Origin: an uncultured Gammaproteobacteria bacterium
Lineage (GTDB): Bacteria > Pseudomonadota > Gammaproteobacteria > Magnimaribacterales > D2472
NCBI GenBank assembly: GCA_964613455.1
Contig: CAZTGS010000004.1
Span: 122-64,121 of the forward strand
Reading direction: 5' to 3'
Length of the DNA stretch: 64,000 nucleotides
The position numbers were made by a program, and so were the translations under genes. Positions 60,210-64,000 of this stretch are shown here, in pieces (within the stretch, counting starts at the first letter, position 1; the number at the start of each line of letters is the position of its first letter). A model generated the notes under the pieces. That model saw nothing but the letters and a program-made list of their open reading frames with translations, did no database searches and was not told the origin of the DNA.

Positions 60210-61665
60210 TTTTTATAATCGATATTATTAATAGTAAATTTATAAGTAGCAATGGTACAGAAAAAATTACCATAATCCACTTAAAAGAATCAACTCCTCC
60301 AATAAACATTAGTAATGTAGGCTGAATTACTAATAAAAGAGCATATATCAGCCTTAAATTTGATGAACTTTCAGTTTCAGATGACTTCATTGAGGCATTA
60401 GCAAGTACATAAGATGACGAATCATATGTGGTGCATAAAAATATTATGCAAATAACACCAAAGCCTATTAATAAAAATTTGCTATATTCAAGAGAGCCAA
60501 TAGTCTCAACAATAAGCTCTTCCCTAGTCATTATTTTATTTTCTATAAGAAAGGGTGAATTTAGGATATTTGTCTCAAATAGACTTATTGATAAATTCGA
60601 AAGGATAGACATACTAAATATACAACCAAAACTGCCTATCAAAATAGTTCCCAGAATAACCTGTCTTAAACTTTTACCATTTGAGATGTTGACTATAAAA
60701 GCACCTACCATTGGAGCAAGTGCCATCCACCATGCCCAGTAAAAAACGCTCCAATCTTTACTAATGACTGTCCCTGTTTTAACACTAAGTTCTGGATATT
60801 TTGAAATAAGAAAACCAAAAGATTCATATGAGTTTATTAATATATATTTAGTAGGACCTAATATTAGAATAAGCACCAAAAAAAACATTACTAAAAAAAT
60901 ATTTAAATTACTGAGTTTTTTTATACCCTTATCTATCCCAAGATATGCACTAGTAGCAAAAATAGATAAGCAAAAAATAATCGTAATAATATCAAGCTGA
61001 GCAGTTCTCTCAATTAAAAAAATTTTTGAAATAATTGTAGATATTAACGGAAATGAGAGTCCTAAACCTACACCCGCTCCGCATAAAATCGCACCTATAA
61101 ATAACGTATCAAATACAATCTCACTAAATTTATTTTTAGAATTAAAGATTCCAGAAAATGTTAATTTTGTTTTTGGGTTTATTGTTAGAGCCAATGAAAA
61201 AGCTATTGCTGGGAGGCAGTAGATCGCCCAAGCTGTAAAAGACCAATGAAATAAAGGATAGGCTCTAGAATAACGTAAAACTTCAGCTTGATCAGAATCA
61301 TTAGTATTTAAAACATTATAGTAATCAATCCATTCCACTGTTGCCCAATATAACAAAGCTGCTCCAATACCAGCTGCAAAAAGCATAGATCCCCATGAGA
61401 AGAAAGAATAAATTTCTTTATTATTTATATCAACTTGAATAGATCCATATTTAGACAAGGAAATAAATATTAAAAATAAAAATACAAAAAGACTACCGTA
61501 CATATATGTACTCTCAAAAGTAGTAGAAAGTTGACCATAAATTTTACTAAGAGTTACAGCACTTCCTATTGGATCTGAAAGAACATATATTGAGAGAACT
61601 ATTGATAGTACAATTGTTATCGTAATTACAGTTTTATTCCATTCAGTACTTATTTTAGAAAACAT
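60184..61665 (-). CDS. BCCT-family transporter
   Basis: SW.SMLFAAGIG; FHWSF..W.IY; W.VFYWAWW; 12 TM. Confidence 0.92.
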   Translation of the reverse strand: MFSKISTEWNKTVITITIVLSIVLSIYVLSDPIGSAVTLSKIYGQLSTTFESTYMYGSLFVFLFLIFISLSKYGSIQVDINNKEIYSFFSWGSMLFAAGIGAALLYWATVEWIDYYNVLNTNDSDQAEVLRYSRAYPLFHWSFTAWAIYCLPAIAFSLALTINPKTKLTFSGIFNSKNKFSEIVFDTLFIGAILCGAGVGLGLSFPLISTIISKIFLIERTAQLDIITIIFCLSIFATSAYLGIDKGIKKLSNLNIFLVMFFLVLILILGPTKYILINSYESFGFLISKYPELSVKTGTVISKDWSVFYWAWWMALAPMVGAFIVNISNGKSLRQVILGTILIGSFGCIFSMSILSNLSISLFETNILNSPFLIENKIMTREELIVETIGSLEYSKFLLIGFGVICIIFLCTTYDSSSYVLANASMKSSETESSSNLRLIYALLLVIQPTLLMFIGGVDSFKWIMVIFSVPLLLINLLLIISIIKNVYRIKKS

Positions 61666-63633
61666 ATGTCAGAGAATATTTTTATTAAAAATGCGCTAAA
61701 AAAGGCGCTTGAATTGTTAAATAATAATAGTCTAAATGAGGCCGCTGAACAACTTAATACAATTCTTCAAAAAGATTCTCAAAATATTGAAGCATTGACT
61801 CTGTTAATTCAAATCTCTATTAAGCAAAGCAATCCTCGTGAAGCTTTAAAAATAAATAAATTATTGCTATCAGTTCTTCCAGAAAACAAAGAATATTTGG
61901 AACAGATTGTAAAAATATATAAATATCTTAGCGATAACTTAAATTATATTAAGTCTTTAGAGAATCTTCATAATATTCATCCCACAATTGAAACTGCAAG
62001 AGAGCTATCAAATCAGTATCTTAATAATAATGACGAAGAACAAGCTAACGAAATTATCCAGAGCTTTTTTGAAAAAAATAAAAATTATGCGGATTTATAT
62101 AAAGGGATAAGACATGCAAAATCTGGCAGATTAAAATTAGCAGAAGAATGTTATAAAAAAGTACTATCCAAAGATAAAAATAATGTAGATGCATTGAGAC
62201 TTCTAGGATTGGTTGCTTATCGATTGAAAAATTACAATGTTGCAGAAAAATTATTTATTAATTCACTTCAATTAAATCCTTACTTTTCACTTGCCTGGGA
62301 TAACCTAGCTAAACTTTATAGAATTCAAAATAAGTTATCTAAATCCATACCAGCATTTGAAAACCTAATTAAATTGGATTCTAATAATTTTGAAGCTCTT
62401 GTTTCTTTGGGAACAATTTATACAAAACTAGCCAGATATGATGATGGGATAGACTCCTACAAGAAAGCACTTTTAATAAATCCTAATAATGCACGAGTTT
62501 ATTTGAGTTTAGGGCATGTTCTCAAAACACTTGGTAGAAGAGATGAATGCGAAAAGGCTTATGAAGATGCAATCAAACACTTTTATTTGTCTGGAGAGGC
62601 ATATTGGAGTTTAGCTAATCTAAAAACTTATATGTTTTCTGATGATCAAATTAAAAATATGGAAAATGCTCTTCAGGAAGATATGCATCCTGATGAGTTA
62701 ATTCAAATGCACTTCGCCCTTGGTAAGGCATATGAATCGAGAAAAGACTACGCTGCCTCTTTTAATAATTATCAAAAAGGTAATTGGAATCAGCGAAAAA
62801 AAATTGATTACAATTCAGAAAATCAAAAAATATCAACCGACGAACAGATTGATTTTTTTACAACTAATAGAGATTTGTTGAATAAGCATGTTGGGCATTC
62901 TGCTTCAGACCCAATTTTTATCTTGGGTCTCCCAAGAGCAGGTTCCACTCTCATCGAACAAATTCTTTCATCCCATTCTCAGATCGAAGGTACCCAAGAG
63001 CTCCCAAACATACTAACAACTTCAAAAAAAATTAGAATGCAAAATGAAACAGTTGGTTATCCACAAAATATTTTAAATTTATCAAATAATGAGTTTATAA
63101 AATTAGGTAAAGACTACATAGAAGACACAAGATGGGCGAGATCATCAAAACCATTTTTTATCGACAAGATGCCCAATAACTTTTTTCATATAGGACTTAT
63201 AAAGCTTATTTTGCCTAATGCAAAAATTATTGACGCTAGAAGAAATCCTTTAGATGGTTGTTTTAGTTGCTTTAAACAATATTTTGCAAAAGGCCAGCAT
63301 TTTACCTACGACTTAGATGATATAGCTCGATACTATAAGGATTACCTGAGATTGATGGATTTTTGGAATAGTCTTTATCCCGATGCTATTTATACGGCTC
63401 AATATGAGCATATAATTAGCAATCCTGAGACTGAAATTAAGAGCTTGTTGAAGTACTGTAACGTTGATTTTGAAGATAGTTGCTTGGAATTTTATAAATC
63501 TAATAGGCCTGTAAAGACAGCTAGTTCCGAACAAGTAAGACAGCCTATATATAAATCTGGACTAGATTATTGGAAAAATTACTCAGATAATCTAACAATA
63601 CTTACAAACCATTTTCTGGACACAAATGAATAA
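61666..63633 (+). CDS. TPR-containing sulfotransferase (Sulfotransfer_3/TPST-like)
   Basis: many TPRs followed by PIFILGLPRAGSTL (5'-PSB), DKMPNNF, RNPLD (3'-PB), TAS..QVR.PIY. Confidence 0.9.
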   Translation: MSENIFIKNALKKALELLNNNSLNEAAEQLNTILQKDSQNIEALTLLIQISIKQSNPREALKINKLLLSVLPENKEYLEQIVKIYKYLSDNLNYIKSLENLHNIHPTIETARELSNQYLNNNDEEQANEIIQSFFEKNKNYADLYKGIRHAKSGRLKLAEECYKKVLSKDKNNVDALRLLGLVAYRLKNYNVAEKLFINSLQLNPYFSLAWDNLAKLYRIQNKLSKSIPAFENLIKLDSNNFEALVSLGTIYTKLARYDDGIDSYKKALLINPNNARVYLSLGHVLKTLGRRDECEKAYEDAIKHFYLSGEAYWSLANLKTYMFSDDQIKNMENALQEDMHPDELIQMHFALGKAYESRKDYAASFNNYQKGNWNQRKKIDYNSENQKISTDEQIDFFTTNRDLLNKHVGHSASDPIFILGLPRAGSTLIEQILSSHSQIEGTQELPNILTTSKKIRMQNETVGYPQNILNLSNNEFIKLGKDYIEDTRWARSSKPFFIDKMPNNFFHIGLIKLILPNAKIIDARRNPLDGCFSCFKQYFAKGQHFTYDLDDIARYYKDYLRLMDFWNSLYPDAIYTAQYEHIISNPETEIKSLLKYCNVDFEDSCLEFYKSNRPVKTASSEQVRQPIYKSGLDYWKNYSDNLTILTNHFLDTNE

Positions 63634-64000
63634 ATTTGATTACCCCAAACTTCAACGAGTAGATACTGATATTGGTAGGCATTATTTAGATTCAAACAAC
63701 AATCATGTTCCAAGTGTAACGACTGTTTTATCAGGTACCTCTCAAAGTAAAGTTGGTATTGATCAATGGAGGCAAAGAGTTGGAGATATAGAGGCTGATA
63801 GAGTTATCAAACAGAGTACGGATATCGGTACTGCTGTTCACGAGTCGATTGAAAAATACCTAAATGATGAAGAGTGGGATTTTTTTGGAGCTGATCCAGA
63901 TCAAATGATGGCAAAAAACATAACATGTAAGTTTATTTCAGATGGTCTTGAGGGCATTAACGAAGTTTGGGGCTTAGAAGTTGGATTGCTCCTAGATGGT
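63626..64000 (+). CDS. PD-(D/E)XK exonuclease, MGME1/T4-like-phage type (partial, runs off window)
   Basis: MNKFDYPKL...PSVTTVLS...WRQRVG..EA.R......GT.VHE.IE.YL; open for 125 codons to the window end. Confidence 0.75.
   Translation, partial: MNKFDYPKLQRVDTDIGRHYLDSNNNHVPSVTTVLSGTSQSKVGIDQWRQRVGDIEADRVIKQSTDIGTAVHESIEKYLNDEEWDFFGADPDQMMAKNITCKFISDGLEGINEVWGLEVGLLLDG

Noticed and set aside
61072-61080. ACCCGCTCC matching the tRNA-Gly 3' end (possible attR)
   Set aside because: only 9 bp, inside the BCCT coding sequence, and no integrase in the window

Overview
Strongly AT-rich, very gene-dense bacterial chromosome segment. Gammaproteobacterial synteny (trxB-ftsK-lolA-crcB-serS; TorF/Gcw_chp-glnK-amt), several TonB-dependent receptors, many lipid-catabolic enzymes and tiny intergenic spacers suggest a streamlined marine heterotroph of SAR86 type; this is inference and no marker gene was checked. 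No CRISPR array, IS element, integrase or prophage is visible. Main blocks: (1) NAD-salvage-like fusion, secreted hydrolase, Fe-S-free (6-4) photolyase-type protein, PhoD, and tRNA-Gly flanked by two related lipoproteins; (2) pilD, ggt and two divergent acyl-CoA ligases; (3) an ~18 kb phosphate-themed locus: phoB-phoR, a Pho-box-like array ahead of an unannotated 28-aa ORF, a complete minimal T2SS (gspC-M), pit divergent from ppk2-ppx, TetR, porin and beta-propeller phytase; (4) two ammonium transporters, each behind a sigma-54 promoter, separated by twin hairpins with C-rich loops; (5) core genes; (6) Oar-like TBDR, 2OG-Fe(II) oxygenase and NupC; (7) FabH-like enzyme, esterases, a TBDR with an extremely Tyr-rich acidic loop, BCCT transporter and TPR-sulfotransferase, then a truncated phage-like exonuclease. 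Five small ORFs below the ORF-track cutoff were found by eye. All functional calls rest on motif recognition only; no database searches were run.
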